From positions 428,668,001 to 428,732,000 of the forward strand of contig OZ024740.1 in NCBI GenBank assembly GCA_964016885.1: a DNA stretch of 64,000 nt, given 5' to 3'. The notes beneath the pieces were generated by a model. It was not told where the DNA came from. It did not search any database and was given only the letters and a program-made list of their open reading frames with translations. Within the stretch, counting starts at the first letter, position 1. Every line of letters starts with the position of its first letter. Positions 22,001 to 40,000 of the stretch are shown here, piece by piece. This DNA is from Eledone cirrhosa (Eukaryota). A program made the position numbers and the translations under genes.

Positions 22001-25000
22001 ACTATATCTGGTCTGTTATATCTATATCACTATGTCTGGCCTGTGATATCTATATCACTATGTCTGGTCTGTTATATCTATATCACTATATCTGGTCTGT
22101 TATATCTATGTCACTATGTCTGACCTGTTATATCTATATCACTATATCTGGTCTGTTATATCTATATCACTATATCTGGTCTGTTATATCTATATCACTA
22201 TATCTGGTCTGTTATATCTATATCACTATATCTGGTCTGTTATATCTATATCACTATGTCTGGTCTGTTATATCTATATCACTATGTCTGGCCTGTTATA
22301 TCTATATCACTATATCTGGTCTGTTATATCTATATCACTATGTCTGGTCTGTTATATCTATATCACTATATCTGGCCTGTTATATATATATCACTATATC
22401 TGGTCTGTTATATCTATATCACTATGTCTGACCTGTTATATCTATATCACTATGTCTGACCTGTTATATCTATATCACTATGTCTGGTCTGTTATATCTA
22501 TATCACTATATCTGGTCTGTTATATCTATATCACTATATCTGGTCTGTTATATCTATATCACTATATCTGGTCTGTTATATCTATATCACTATGACTGGT
22601 CTGCTATATCTATATCACTATGTCTGGTCTGTTATATCTATATCACTATGTCTGACCTGTTATATCTATATCACTATGTCTGGCCTGTTATATCTATATC
22701 ACTATATCTGGTCTGTTATATCTATATCACTATGTCTGGTCTGTTATATCTATATCACCATATCTGGCCTGTTATATCTATATCACTATGACTGGTCTGC
22801 TATATCAATATCACTATGTCTGGTCTGTTATATCTATATCACTATATCTGGTCTGTTATATCTATATCACTATGACTGGCCTGTTATATCTATATCACTA
22901 TATCTGGTCTGTTATATCTATATCACTATATCTGGTCTGTTATATCTATATCACTATATCTGGCCTGTTATATCTATATCACTATATCTGGTCTGTTATA
23001 TCTATATCACTATGTCTGACCTGTTATATCTATATCACTATGTCTGGCCTGTTATATCTATATCACTATATCTGGTCTGTTATATCTATATCACTATGTC
23101 TGGTCTGTTATATCTATATCACTATGTCTGGTCTGTTATATCTATATCACTATGACTGGCCTGTTATATCTATATCACTATATCTGGTCTGTTATATCTA
23201 TATCACTATATCTGGTCTGTTATATCTATATCACTATATCTGGTCTGTTATATCTATATCACTATGTCTGGTCTGTTATATATATATCACTATGTCTGGG
23301 CTGTTATATCTATATCACTATGTCTGGTCTGTTATATCTATATCAGTATATCTGGTCTGTTATATCTATATCACTGTATCTGGTCTGTTATATCTATATC
23401 ACTATATCTGGTCTGTTATATCTATATCACTATGTCTGGTCTGTTATATCTATATCACTATGTCTGGCCTGTTATATCTATATCACTATGTCTGGTCTGT
23501 TATATCTATATCACTATGTCTGACCTGTTATATCTATATCACTATGTCTGGCCTGTTATATCTATATCACTATATCTGGTCTGTTATATCTATATCACTA
23601 TGTCTGGTCTGTTATATCTATATCACCATATCTGGTCTGTTATATCTATATCACTATGTCTGACCTGTTATATCTATATCACTATGTCTGGTCTGTTATA
23701 TCTATATCACTATGTCTGGCCTGTTATATCTATATCACCATATCTGGCCTGTCATATCTATATCACTATATCTGGTCTGTTATATCTATATCACTATGTC
23801 TGTCCTGTTATATCTATATCACTATATCTGGATTGTTATATCTATATCACTATATCTGGTCTGTTATATCTATATCACTATGTCTGGCCTGTTATATCTA
23901 TATCACTATGTCTGGTCTGTTATATCTATATCACTATATCTGGCCTGTCATATCTATATCACTATATCTGGTCTGTTATATCTATATCACTATGTCTGGT
24001 CTGTTATATCTATATCACTATATCTGGTCTGTTATATCTATATCACTATGTCTGGCCTGTTATATCTATATCACTATGTCTGACCTGTTATATCTATATC
24101 ACTATGACTGGTCTGCTATATCTATATCACTATGTCTGGTCTGTTATATCTATATCACTTTATCTGGTCTGTTATATCTATATCACTATGTCTGGTCTGT
24201 TATATCTATATCACTATATCTGGCCTGTTATATCTGGTCGGTTATAACTATATCACTATATCTGGCCTGTTATATCTGGTCGGTTATATCTATATCACTA
24301 TATCTTGTCTGTTATATCTATATCACTATGTCTGGCCTGTGATATCTATATCACTATATCTGGTCTGTTATATCTATATCACTATGACTGGTCTGCTATA
24401 TCTATATCACTATGTCTGGTCTGTTATATCTATATCACTATGTCTGGCCTGTTATATCTATATCACTATATCTGGTCTGATATATCTATATCACTATATA
24501 TGGTCTGTTATATCTATATCACTATGTCTGACCTGTTATATCTATATCACTATATCTGGTCTGTTATATCTATATCACTATATCTGGTCTGTTATATCTA
24601 TATCACTATATCTCGTCTGTTATATCTATATCACTATATCTGGTGTGTTATATCTATATCACTATGTCTGGCCTGTTATATCTATATCACTATGTCTGGT
24701 CTGTTATATCTATATCACTATGTCTGGTCTGTTATATCTATATCACTATATCTGGTCTGTTATATCTATATCACTATGTCTGGCCTGTTATATCTATATC
24801 ACTATGTCTGGTCTGTTATATCTATATCACTATGTCTGGTCTGTTATATCTATATCACTATATCTGGTCTGTTATATCTATATCACTATATCTGGTCTGT
24901 TATATCTATATCACTATGTCTGGTCTGTTATATCTATATCACTATATCTGGCCTGTTATATATATATCACTATATCTAGTCTGTTATATCTATATCACTA

Positions 25001-28000
25001 TGTCTGACCTGTTATATCTATATCACTATGTCTGACCTGTTATATCTATATCACTATGTCTCGTCTGTTATATCTATATCACTATATCTGGTCTGTTATA
25101 TCTATATCACTATATCTGGTCTGTTATATCTATATCACTATATCTGGTCTGTTATATCTATATCACTATGACTGGTCTGCTATATCTATATCACTATGTC
25201 TGGTCTGTTATATCTATATCACTATGTCTGACCTGTTATATCTATATCACTATGTCTGACCTGTTATATCTATATCACTATATCTGGTCTGTTATATCTA
25301 TATCACTATGTCTGGTCTGTTATATCTATATCACCATATCTGGCCTGTTATATCTATGTCACTATATCAGGCCTGTTATATCTATATCACTATGTCTGGT
25401 CTGTTATATCTATATCACCATATCTGGCCTGTTATATCTATATCACTATGTCTGGTCTGTTATATCTATATCACTATATCTGGTCTGTTATATCTATATC
25501 ACTATATCTGGTCTGTTATATCTACATCACTATCACTGGTCTGCTATATCTATATCACTATGTCTGGTCTGTTATATCTATATCACTATATCTGGTCTGT
25601 TATATCTATATCACTATATCTGGTCTGTTATATCTATATCACTATGTCTGGCCTGTTATATCTATATCACTATATCTGGTCTGTTATATCTATATCACTA
25701 TATCAGGTCTGTTATATCTATATCACTATGACTGGTCTGCTATATCTATATCACTATATCTGGTCTGTTATATCTATATCACTATGTCTTACCTGTTATA
25801 TCTATATCACTATGTCTGGCCTGTTATATCTATATCACTATGTCTGGTCTGTTATATCTATATCACTATATCTGGTCTGTTATATCTATATCACTATATC
25901 TGGTCTGTTATATCTATATCACTATATCTGGTCTGTTATATCTATATCACTATATCTGGTCTGTTATATCTACATCACTATCACTGGTCTGCTATATCTA
26001 TATCACTATGTCTGGTCTGTTATATCTATATCACTATATCTGGTCTGTTATATCTATATCACTATATCTGGTCTGTTATATCTATATCACTATGTCTGGC
26101 CTGTTATATCTATATCACTATATCTGGTCTGTTATATCTATATCACTATATCAGGTCTGTTATATCTATATCACTATGACTGGTCTGCTATATCTATATC
26201 ACTATATCTGGTCTGTTATATCTATATCACTATATCTGGTCTGTTATATCTATATCACTATATCTGGCCTGTTATATCTATGTCACTATATCAGGCCTGT
26301 TATATCTATATCACTATGTCTGGTCTGTTATATCTATATCACTATATCTGGCCTGTTATATCTGGTCGGTTATAACTATATCACTATATCTGGCCTGTTA
26401 TATCTGGTCGGTTATATCTATATCACTATATCTGGTCTGTTATATCTATATCACTATGTCTGGCCTGTGATATCTATATCACTATGTCTGGTCTGTTATA
26501 TCTATATCACTATATCTGGTCTGTTATATCTATGTCACTATGTCTGACCTGTTATATCTATATCACTATATCTGGTCTGTTATATCTATATCACTATATC
26601 TGGTCTGTTATATCTATATCACTATATCTGGTCTGTTATATCTATATCACTATATCTGGTCTGTTATATCTATATCACTATGTCTGGTCTGTTATATCTA
26701 TATCACTATGTCTGGCCTGTTATATCTATATCACTATATCTGGTCTGTTATATCTATATCACTATGTCTGGTCTGTTATATCTATATCACTATATCTGGC
26801 CTGTTATATATATATCACTATATCTGGTCTGTTATATCTATATCACTATGTCTGACCTGTTATATCTATATCACTATGTCTGACCTGTTATATCTATATC
26901 ACTATGTCTGGTCTGTTATATCTATATCACTATATCTGGTCTGTTATATCTATATCACTATATCTGGTCTGTTATATCTATATCACTTTGACTGGTCTGC
27001 TATATCTATATCACTATGTCTGGTCTGTTATATCTATATCACTATGTCTGACCTGTTATATCTATATCACTATGTCTGGCCTGTTATATCTATATCACTA
27101 TATCTGGTCTGTTATATCTATATCACTATGTCTGGTCTGTTATATCTATATCACCATATCTGGCCTGTTATATCTATATCACTATGACTGGTCTGCTATA
27201 TCAATATCACTATGTCTGGTCTGTTATATCTATATCACTATATCTGGTCTGTTATATCTATATCACTATGACTGGCCTGTTATATCTATATCACTATATC
27301 TGGTCTGTTATATCTATATCACTATATCTGGTCTGTTATATCTATATCACTATATCTGGCCTGTTATATCTATATCACTATATCTGGTCTGTTATATCTA
27401 TATCACTATGTCTGACCTGTTATATCTATATCACTATGTCTGGCCTGTTATATCTATATCACTATATCTGGTCTGTTATATCTATATCACTATGTCTGGT
27501 CTGTTATATCTATATCACTATGTCTGGTCTGTTATATCTATATCACTATATCTGGTCTGTTATATCTATATCACTGTATCTGGTCTGTTATATCTATATC
27601 ACTATATCTGGTCTGTTATATCTATATCACTATGTCTGGTCTGTTATATCTATATCACTATGTCTGGCCTGTTATATCTATATCACTATGTCTGGTCTGT
27701 TATATCTATATCACTATGTCTGACCTGTTATATCTATATCACTATGTCTGGCCTGTTATATCTATATCACTATATCTGGTCTGTTATATCTATATCACTA
27801 TGTCTGGTCTGTTATATCTATATCACCATATATGGTCTGTTATATCTATATCACTATGTCTGACCTGTTATATCTATATCACTATGTCTGGTCTGTTATA
27901 TCTATATCACTATGTCTGGCCTGTTATATCTATATCACCATATCTGGCCTGTCATATCTATATCACTATATCTGATCTGTTATATCTATATCACTATGTC

Positions 28001-31000
28001 TGGCCTGTTATATCTATATCACTATATCTGGTCTGTTATATCTATATCACTATATCTGGTCTGTTATATCTATATCACTATGTCTGGCCTGTTATATCTA
28101 TATCACTATGTCTGGTCTGTTATATCTATATCACTATATCTGGCCTGTCATATCTATATCACTATATCTGGTCTGTTATATCTATATCACTATGTCTGGT
28201 CTGTTATATCTATATCACTATATCTGGTCTGTTATATCTATATCACTATGTCTGGCCTATTATATCTATATCACTATGTCTGACCTGTTATATCTATATC
28301 ACTATGACTGGTCTGCTATATCTATATCACTATGTCTGGTCTGTTATATCTATATCACTATGTCTGGCCTGTTATATCTATATCACTATATCTGGTCTGT
28401 TATATCTATATCACTATATCTGACCTGTTATATCTATATCACTATATCTGGTCTGTTATATCTATATCACTATGTCTGACCTGTTATATCTATATCACTA
28501 TGTCTGGCCTGTTATATCTATATCACTATGTCTGGCCTGTTATATCTATATCACTATATCTGGTCTGTTATATCTATATCACTATATCTGGTCTGTTATA
28601 TCTATATCACTATGTCTGGTCTGTTATATCTATATTACTATGTCTGGTCTGTTATATCTATATCACTATATCTGGTCTGTTATATCTATATCACTTTATC
28701 TGGTCTGTTATATCTATATCACTATGTCTGGTCTGTTATATCTATATCACTATATCTGGCCTGTTATATATATATCGCTATATCTGGTCTGTTATATCTA
28801 TATCACTATGTCTGACCTGTTATATCTATATCACTATGTCTGACCTGTTATATCTATATCACTATGTCTGGTCTGTTATATCTATATCACTATATCTGGT
28901 CTGTTATATCTATGTCACTATATCTGGTCTGTTATATCTATATCACTATGTCTGGCCTGTTATATCTATATCACTATATCTGGTCTGTTATATCTATATC
29001 ACTATATCAGGTCTGTTATATCTATATCACTATGACTGGTCTGCTATATCTATATCACTATATCTGGCCTGTCATATCTATATCACTATGTCTTACCTGT
29101 TATATCTATATCACTATGTCTGGCCTGTTATATCTATATCACTATGTCTGGTCTGTTATATCTATATCACTATATCTGGTCTGTTATATCTATATCACTA
29201 TATCTGGTCTGTTATATCTATATCACTATATCTGGTCTGTTATATCTATATCACTATATCTGGTCTGTTATATCTATATCACTATGACTGGTCTGCTATA
29301 TCTATATCACTATGTCTGGTCTGTTATATCTATATCACTATATCTGGCCTGTTATATCTATGTCACTATATCAGGCCTGTTATATCTATATCACTATGTC
29401 TGGTCTGTTATATCTATATCACTATATCTGGCCTGTTATATCTGGTCGGTTATAACTATATCACTATATCTGGCCTGTTATATCTGGTCGGTTATATCTA
29501 TATCACTATATCTTGTCTGTTATATCTATATCACTATGTCTGGCCTGTGATATCTATATCACTATATCTGGTCTGTTATATCTATATCACTATGACTGGT
29601 CTGCTATATCTATATCACTATATCTGGTCTGTTATATCTATATCACTATATCTGGTCTGTTATATCTATATCACTATATCTCGTCTGTTATATCTATATC
29701 ACTATATCTGGTGTGTTATATCTATATCACTATGTCTGGTCTGTTATATCTATATCACTATGTCTGGCCTGTTATATCTATATCACTATATCTGGTCTGT
29801 TATATCTGTATCACTATATCTTGTCTGTTATATCTATATCACTATGTCTGGTCTGTTATATCTATATCACTATGTCTGGTCTGTTATATCTATATCACTA
29901 TATCTGGTCTGTTATATCTATATCACTATATCTGGTCTGTTATATCTATATCACTATGTCTGGTCTGTTATATCTATATCACTATATCTGGCCTGTTATA
30001 TATATATCACTATATCTGGTCTGTTATATCTATATCACTATGTCTGACCTGTTATATCTATATCACTATGTCTGACCTGTTATATCTATATCACTATGTC
30101 TGGTCTGTTATATCTATATCACTATATCTGGTCTGTTATATCTATATCACTATATCTGGTCTGTTATATCTATATCACTATATCTGGTCTGTTATATCTA
30201 TATCACTATGACTGGTCTGCTATATCTATATCACTATGTCTGGTCTGTTATATCTATATCACTATGTCTGACCTGTTATATCTATATCACTATGTCTGGC
30301 CTGTTATATCTATATCACTATATCTGGTCTGTTATATCTATATCACTATGTCTGGTCTGTTATATCTATATCACCATATCTGGCCTGTTATATCTATATC
30401 ACTATGACTGGTCTGCTATATCAATATCACTATGTCTGGTCTGTTATATCTATATCACTATATCTGGTCTGTTATATCTATATCACTATGACTGGCCTGT
30501 TATATCTATATCACTATATCTGGTCTGTTATATCTATATCACTATATCTGGTCTGTTATATCTATATCACTATATCTGGCCTGTTATATCTATATCACTA
30601 TATCTGGTCTGTTATATCTATATCACTATGTCTGACCTGTTATATCTATATCACTATGTCTGGCCTGTTATATCTATATCACTATATCTGGTCTGTTATA
30701 TCTATATCACTATGTCTGGTCTGTTATATCTATATCACTATGTCTGGTCTGTTATGTCTATATCACTATGACTGGCCTGTTATAACTATATCACTATATC
30801 TGGTCTGTTATATCTATATCACTATATCTGGTCTGTTATATCTATATCACTATATCTGGTCTGTTATATCTATATCACTATATCTGCTCTGTTATATCTA
30901 TATCTCTATGTCTGGTCTGTTATATATATATCACTATGTCTGGGATGTTATATCTATATCACTATGTCTGGTCTGTTATATCTATATCACTATATCTGGT

Positions 31001-34000
31001 CTGTTATATCTATATCACTGTATCTGGTCTGTTATATCTATATCACTATATCTGGTCTGTTATATCTATATCACTATGTCTGGTCTGTTATATCTATATC
31101 ACTATGTCTGGCCTGTTATATCTATATCACTATGTCTGGTCTGTTATATCTATATCACTATGTCTGACCTGTTATATCTATATCACTATGTCTGGCCTGT
31201 TATATCTATATCACTATATCTGGTCTGTTATATCTATATCACTATGTCTGGTCTGTTATATCTATATCACCATATCTGGTCTGTTATATCTATATCACTA
31301 TGTCTGACCTGTTATATCTATATCACTATGTCTGGTCTGTTATATCTATATCACTATGTCTGGCCTGTTATATCTATATCACCATATCTGGCCTGTCATA
31401 TCTATATCACTATATCTGGTCTGTTATATCTATATCACTATGTCTGGCCTGTTATATCTATATCACTATATCTGGTCTGTTATATCTATATCACTATATC
31501 TGGTCTGTTATATCTATATCACTATGTCTGGCCTGTTATATCTATATCACTATGTCTGGTCTGTTATATCTATATCACTATATCTGGCCTGTCATATCTA
31601 TATCACTATATCTGGTCTGTTATATCTATATCACTATGTCTGGTCTGTTATATCTATATCACTATATCTGGTCTGTTATATCTATATCACTATGTCTGGC
31701 CTGTTATATCTATATCACTATGTCTGGTCTGTTATATCTATATCACTATGACTGGTCTGCTATATCTATATCACTATGTCTGGTCTGTTATATCTATATC
31801 ACTATGTCTGGCCTGTTATATCTATATCACTATATCTGGTCTGTTATATCTATATCACTATATCTGACCTGTTATATCTATATCACTATATCTGGTCTGT
31901 TATATCTATATCACTATGTCTGACCTGTTATATCTATATCACTATGTCTGGCCTGTTATATCTATATCACTATGTCTGGCCTGTTATATCTATATCACTA
32001 TATCTGGTCTGTTATAACTATATCACTATATCTGGTCTGTTATATCTATATCACTATGTCTGGTCTGTTATATCTATATCACTATGTCTGGTCTGTTATA
32101 TCTATATCACTATATCTGGTCTGTTATATCTATATCACTTTATCTGGTCTGTTATATCTATATCACTATGTCTGGTATGTTATATCTATATCACTATATC
32201 TGGCCTGTTATATATATATCGCTATATCTTGTCTGTTGTATCTATATCACTATGTCTGACCTGTTATATCTATATCACTATGTCTGACCTATTATATCTA
32301 TATCACTATGTCTGGTCTGTTATATCTATATCACTATATCTGGTCTGTTATATCTATATCACTATATCTGGTCTGTTATATCTACATCACTATCACTGGT
32401 CTGCTATATCTATATCACTATGTCTGGTCTGTTATATCTATATCACTATATCTGGTCTGTTATATCTATATCACTATATCTGGTCTGTTATATCTATATC
32501 ACTATGTCTGGCCTGTTATATCTATATCACTATATCTGGTCTGTTATATCTATATCACTATATCAGGTCTGTTATATCTATATCACTATGACTGGTCTGC
32601 TATATCTATATCACTATATCTGGCCTGTCATATCTATATCACTATGTCTTACCTGTTATATCTATATCACTATGTCTGGCCTGTTATATCTATATCACTA
32701 TGTCTGGTCTGTTATATCTATATCACTATATCTGGTCTGTTATATCTATATCACTATATCTGGTCTGTTATATCTATATCACTATATCTGGTCTGTTATA
32801 TCTAGATCACTATATCTGGTCTGTTATATCTATATCACTATGACTGGTCTGCTATATCTATATCACTATGTCTGGTCTGTTATATCTATATCACTATGTC
32901 TGACCTGTTATATCTATATCACTATGTCTGGCCTGTTATATCTATATCACTATATCTGGTCTGTTATATCTATATCACTATGTCTGGTCTGTTATATCTA
33001 TATCACCATATCTGGCCTGTTATATCTATATCACTATGACTGGTCTGCTATATCTATATCACTATGTCTGGTCTGTTATATCTATATCACTATGTCTGGC
33101 CTGTTATATCTATATCACTATATCTGGTCTGTTATATCTATATCACTATGTCTGGTCTGTTATATCTATAACACTATGTCTGGTCTGTTATATCTATATC
33201 ACTATGTCTGGTCTGTTATATCTATATCACTATGACTGGCCTGTTATATCTATATCACTATATCTGGTCTGTTATATCTATATCACTATATCTGGTCTGT
33301 TATATCTATATCACTATATCTGGTCTGTTATATCTATATCACTATATCTGGTCTGTTATATCTATATCACTATGTCTGGTCTGTTATATATATATCACTA
33401 TGTCTGGTCTGTTATATCTATATCACTATGTCTGGTCTGTTATATCTATATCACTATATCTGGTCTGTTATATCTATATCACTATATCTAGTCTGTTATA
33501 TCTATATCACTATATCTGGTCTGTTATATCTATATCACTATGTCTGGTCTGTTATATCTATATCACTATGTCTGGCCTGTTATATCTATATCACTATGTC
33601 TGGTCTGTTATATCCATATCACTATGTCTGACCTGTTATATCTATATCACTATGTCTGGCCTGTTATATCTATATCACTATATCTGGTCTGTTATATCTA
33701 TATCACTATGTCTGGCCTGTTATATCTATATCACCATATCTGGTCTGTTATATCTATATCACTATGTCTGACCTGTTATATCTATATCACTATGTCTGGT
33801 CTGTTATATCTATATCACTATGTCTGGCCTGTTATATCTATATCACCATATCTGGCCTGTCATATCTATATCACTATATCTGGTCTGTTATATCTATATC
33901 ACTATGTCTGGCCTGTTATATCTATATCACTATATCTGGTCTGTTATATCTATATCACTATATCTGGTCTGTTATATCTATATCACTATGTCTGGCCTGT

Positions 34001-37000
34001 TATATCTATATCACTATGTCTGGTCTGTTATATCTATATCACTATATCTGGCCTGTCATATCTATATCACTATATCTGGTCTGTTATATCTATATCACTA
34101 TGTCTGGTCTGTTATATCTATATCACTATATCTGGTCTTTTATATCTATATCACTATGTCTGGCCTGTTATATCTATATCACTATGTCTGGTCTGTTATA
34201 TCTATATCACTATGACTGGTCTGCTATATCTATATCACTATGTCTGGTCTGTTATATCTATATCACTATGTCTGGCCTGTTATATCTATATCACTATGTC
34301 TGGCCTGTTATATCTATATCACTATGTCTGGCCTGTTATATCTATATCACTATATCTGGTCTGTTATATCTATATCACTATATCTGGTCTGTTATATCTA
34401 TATCACTATATCTGGTCTGTTATATCTATATCACTATGTCTGGTCTGTTATATCTATATCACTATGTCTGGTCTGTTATATCTATATCACTATATCTGGT
34501 CTGTTATATCTATATCACTTTATCTGGTCTGTTATATCTATATCACTATGTCTGGTCTGTTATATCTATATCACTATATCTGGCCTGTTATATATATATC
34601 GCTATATCTGGTCTGTTGTATCTATATCACTATGTCTGACCTGTTATATCTATATCACTATGTCTGACCTATTATATCTATATCACTATGTCTGGTCTGT
34701 TATATCTATATCACTATATCTGGTCTGTTATATCTATATCACTATATCTGGTCTGTTATATCTACATCACTATCACTGGTCTGCTATATCTATATCACTA
34801 TGTCTGGTCTGTTATATCTATATCACTATATCTGGTCTGTTATATCTATATCACTATATCTGGTCTGTTATATCTATATCACTATGTCTGGCCTGTTATA
34901 TCTATATCACTATATCTGGTCTGTTATATCTATATCACTATATCAGGTCTGTTATATCTATATCACTATGACTGGTCTGCTATATCTATATCACTATATC
35001 TGGCCTGTCATATCTATATCACTATGTCTTACCTGTTATATCTATATCACTATGTCTGGCCTGTTATATCTATATCACTATGTCTGGTCTGTTATATCTA
35101 TATCACTATATCTGGTCTGTTATATCTATATCACTATATCTGGTCTGTTATATCTATATCACTATATCTGGTCTGTTATATCTATATCACTATGACTGGT
35201 CTGCTATATCTATATCACTATGTCTGGTCTGTTATATCTATATCACTATGTCTGACCTGTTATATCTATATCACTATGACTGGTCTGCTATATCTATATC
35301 ACTATGTCTGGTCTGTTATATCTATATCACTATGTCTGGCCTGTTATATCTATATCACTATATCTGGTCTGTTATATCTATATCCCTATGTCTGGTCTGT
35401 TATATCTATAACACTATGTCTGGTCTGTTATATCTATATCACTATGTCTGGTCTGTTATATCTATATCACTATGACTGGCCTGTTATATCTATATCACTA
35501 TATCTGGTCTGTTATATCTATATCACTATATCTGCTCTGTTATATCTATATCACTATATCTGGTCTGTTATATCTATATCACTATATCTGGTCTGTTATA
35601 TCTATATCACTATGTCTGGTCTGTTATATATATATCACTATGTCTGGTCTGTTATATCTATATCACTATGTCTGGTCTGTTATATCTATATCACTATATC
35701 TGGTCTGTTATATCTATATCACTATATCTGGTCTGTTATATCTATATCACTATATCTGGTCTGTTATATCTATATCACTATGTCTGGTCTGTTATATCTA
35801 TATCACTATGTCTGGCCTGTTATATCTATATCACTATGTCTGGTCTGTTATATCCATATCACTATGTCTGACCTGTTATATCTATATCACTATGTCTGGC
35901 CTGTTATATCTATATCACTATATCTGGTCTGTTATATCTATATCACTATGTCTGGCCTGTTATATCTATATCACCATATCTGGTCTGTTATATCTATATC
36001 ACTATGTCTGACCTGTTATATCTATATCACTATGTCTGGTCTGTTATATCTATATCACTATGTCTGGCCTGTTATATCTATATCACCATATCTGGCCTGT
36101 CATATCTATATCACTATATATGGTCTGTTATATCTATATCACTATGTCTGGCCTGTTATATCTATATCACTATATCTGGTCTGTTATATCTATATCACTA
36201 TATCTGGTCTGTTATATCTATATCACTATGTCTGGCCTGTTATATCTATATCACTATGTCTGGTCTGTTATATCTATATCACTATATCTGGCCTGTCATA
36301 TCTATATCACTATATCTGGTCTGTTATATCTATATCACTATGTCTGGTCTGTTATATCTATATCACTATATCTGGTCTGTTATATCTATATCACTATGTC
36401 TGGCCTGTTATATCTATATCACTATGTCTGGTCTGTTATATCTATATCACTATGACTGGTCTGCTATATCTATATCACTATGTCTGGTCTGTTATATCTA
36501 TATCACTATGTCTGGCCTGTTATATCTATATCACTATGTCTGGCCCGTTATATCTATATCACTATGTCTGGCCTGTTATATCTATATCACTATATCTGGT
36601 CTGTTATATCTATATCATTATATCTGGTCTGTTATATCTATATCACTATGTCTGGTCTGTTATATCTATATCACTATGTCTGGTCTGTTATATCTATATC
36701 ACTATATCTGGTCTGTTATATCTATATCACTATATCTGGTCTGTTATATCTATATCACTATGTCTGGTCTGTTATATCTATATCACTATATCTGGCCTGT
36801 TATATATATATCGCTATATCCGGTCTGTTATATCTATATCACTATGTCTGACCTGTTATATCTATATCACTATGTCTGACCTGTTATATCTATATCACTA
36901 TGTCTGGTCTGTTATATCTATATCACTATATCTGGTCTGTTATATCTATATCACTATATCTGGTCTGTTATATCTATATCACTATCACTGGTCTGCTATA

Positions 37001-40000
37001 TCTATATCACTATGTCTGGTCTGTTATATCTATATCACTATATCTGGTCTGTTATATCTATATCACTATATCTGGTCTGTTATATCTATATCACTATGTC
37101 TGGCCTGTTATATCTATATCACTATATCTGGTCTGTTATATCTATATCACTATATCAGGTCTGTTATATCTATATCACTATGACTGGTCTGCTATATCTA
37201 TATCACTATGTCTGACCTGTTATATCTATATCACTATGTCTGGTCTGTTATATCTATATCACTATGTCTGGCCTGTTATATCTATATCTCCATATCTGGC
37301 CTGTCATATCTATATCACTATATCTGGTCTGTTATATCTATATCACTATGTCTGGCCTGTTATACTTATATCACTATGTCTGGCCTGTTATATCTATATC
37401 ACAATATCTGGTCTGTTATATCTATATCACTATGTCTGGTCTGTTATATCTATATCACCATATCTGGCCTGTTATATCTATATCACTATGACTGGTCTGC
37501 TATATCTATATCACTATGTCTGGTCTGTTATATCTATATCACTATGTCTGGCCTGTTATATCTATATCACTATATCTGGTCTGTTATATCTATATCACTA
37601 TGTCTGGTCTGTTATATCTATAACACTATGTCTGGTCTGTTATATCTATATCACTATGTCTGGTCTGTTATATCTATATCACTATGACTGGCCTGTTATA
37701 TCTATATCACTATATCTGGTCTGTTATATCTATATCACTATATCTGGTCTGTTATATCTATATCACTATATCTGGTCTGTTATATCTATATCACTATATC
37801 TGGTCTGTTATATCTATATCACTATGTCTGGTCTGTTATATCTATATCACTATGTCTGGTCTGTTATATCTATATCACTATATCTGGTCTGTTATATCTA
37901 TATCACTTTATCTGGTCTGTTATATCTATATCACTATGTCTGGTCTGTTATATCTATATCACTATATCTGGCCTGTTATATATATATCGCTATATCTTGT
38001 CTGTTGTATCTATATCACTATGTCTGACCTGTTATATCTATATCACTATGTCTGACCTATTATATCTATATCACTATGTCTGGTCTGTTATATCTATATC
38101 ACTATATCTGGTCTGTTATATCTATATCACTATATCTGGTCTGTTATATCTACATCACTATCACTGGTCTGCTATATCTGTATCACTATGTCTGGTCTGT
38201 TATATCTATATCACTATATCTGGTCTGTTATATCTATATCACTATATCTGGTCTGTTATATCTATATCACTATGTCTGGCCTGTTATATCTATATCACTA
38301 TATCTGGTCTGTTATATCTATATCACTATATCAGGTCTGTTATATCTATATCACTATGACTGGTCTGCTATATCTATATCACTATATCTGGCCTGTCATA
38401 TCTATATCACTATGTCTTACCTGTTATATCTATATCACTATGTCTGGCCTGTTATATCTATATCACTATGTCTGGTCTGTTATATCTATATCACTATATC
38501 TGGTCTGTTATATCTATATCACTATATCTGGTCTGTTATATCTATATCACTATATCTGGTCTGTTATATCTATATCACTATGACTGGTCTGCTATATCTA
38601 TATCACTATGTCTGGTCTGTTATATCTATATCACTATGTCTGACCTGTTATATCTATATCACTATGACTGGTCTGCTATATCTATATCACTATGTCTGGT
38701 CTGTTATATCTATATCACTATGTCTGGCCTGTTATATCTATATCACTATATCTGGTCTGTTATATCTATATCCCTATGTCTGGTCTGTTATATCTATAAC
38801 ACTATGTCTGGTCTGTTATATCTATATCACTATGTCTGGCCTGTTATATCTATATCACTATGTCTGGTCTGTTATATCCATATCACTATGTCTGACCTGT
38901 TATATCTATATCACTATGTCTGGCCTGTTATATCTATATCACTATATCTGGTCTGTTATATCTATATCACTATGTCTGGCCTGTTATATCTATATCACCA
39001 TATCTGGTCTGTTATATCTATATCACTATGTCTGACCTGTTATATCTATATCACTATGTCTGGTCTGTTATATCTATATCACTATGTCTGGCCTGTTATA
39101 TCTATATCACCATATCTGGCCTGTCATATCTATATCACTATATCTGGTCTGTTATATCTATATCACTATGTCTGGCCTGTTATATCTATATCACTATATC
39201 TGGTCTGTTATATCTATATCACTATATCTGGTCTGTTATATCTATATCACTATGTCTGGCCTGTTATATCTATATCACTATGTCTGGTCTGTTATATCTA
39301 TATCACTATATCTGGCCTGTCATATCTATATCACTATATCTGGTCTGTTATATCTATATCACTATGTCTGGTCTGTTATATCTATATCACTATATCTGGT
39401 CTGTTATATCTATATCACTATGTCTGGCCTGTTATATCTATATCACTATGTCTGGTCTGTTATATCTATATCACTATGACTGGTCTGCTATATCTATATC
39501 ACTATGTCTGGTCTGTTATATCTATATCACTATGTCTGGCCTGTTATATCTATATCACTATGTCTGGCCTGTTATATCTATATCACTATGTCTGGCCTGT
39601 TATATCTATATCACTATATCTGGTCTGTTATATCTATATCATTATATCTGGTCTGTTATATCTATATCACTATGTCTGGTCTGTTATATCTATATCACTA
39701 TGTCTGGTCTGTTATATCTATATCACTATATCTGGTCTGTTATATCTATATCACTATATCTGGTCTGTTATATCTATATCACTATGTCTGGTCTGTTATA
39801 TCTATATCACTATATCTGGCCTGTTATATATATATCGCTATATCCGGTCTGTTATATCTATATCACTATGTCTGACCTGTTATATCTATATCACTATGTC
39901 TGACCTGTTATATCTATATCACTATGTCTGGTCTGTTATATCTATATCACTATATCTGGTCTGTTATATCTATATCACTATATCTGGTCTGTTATATCTA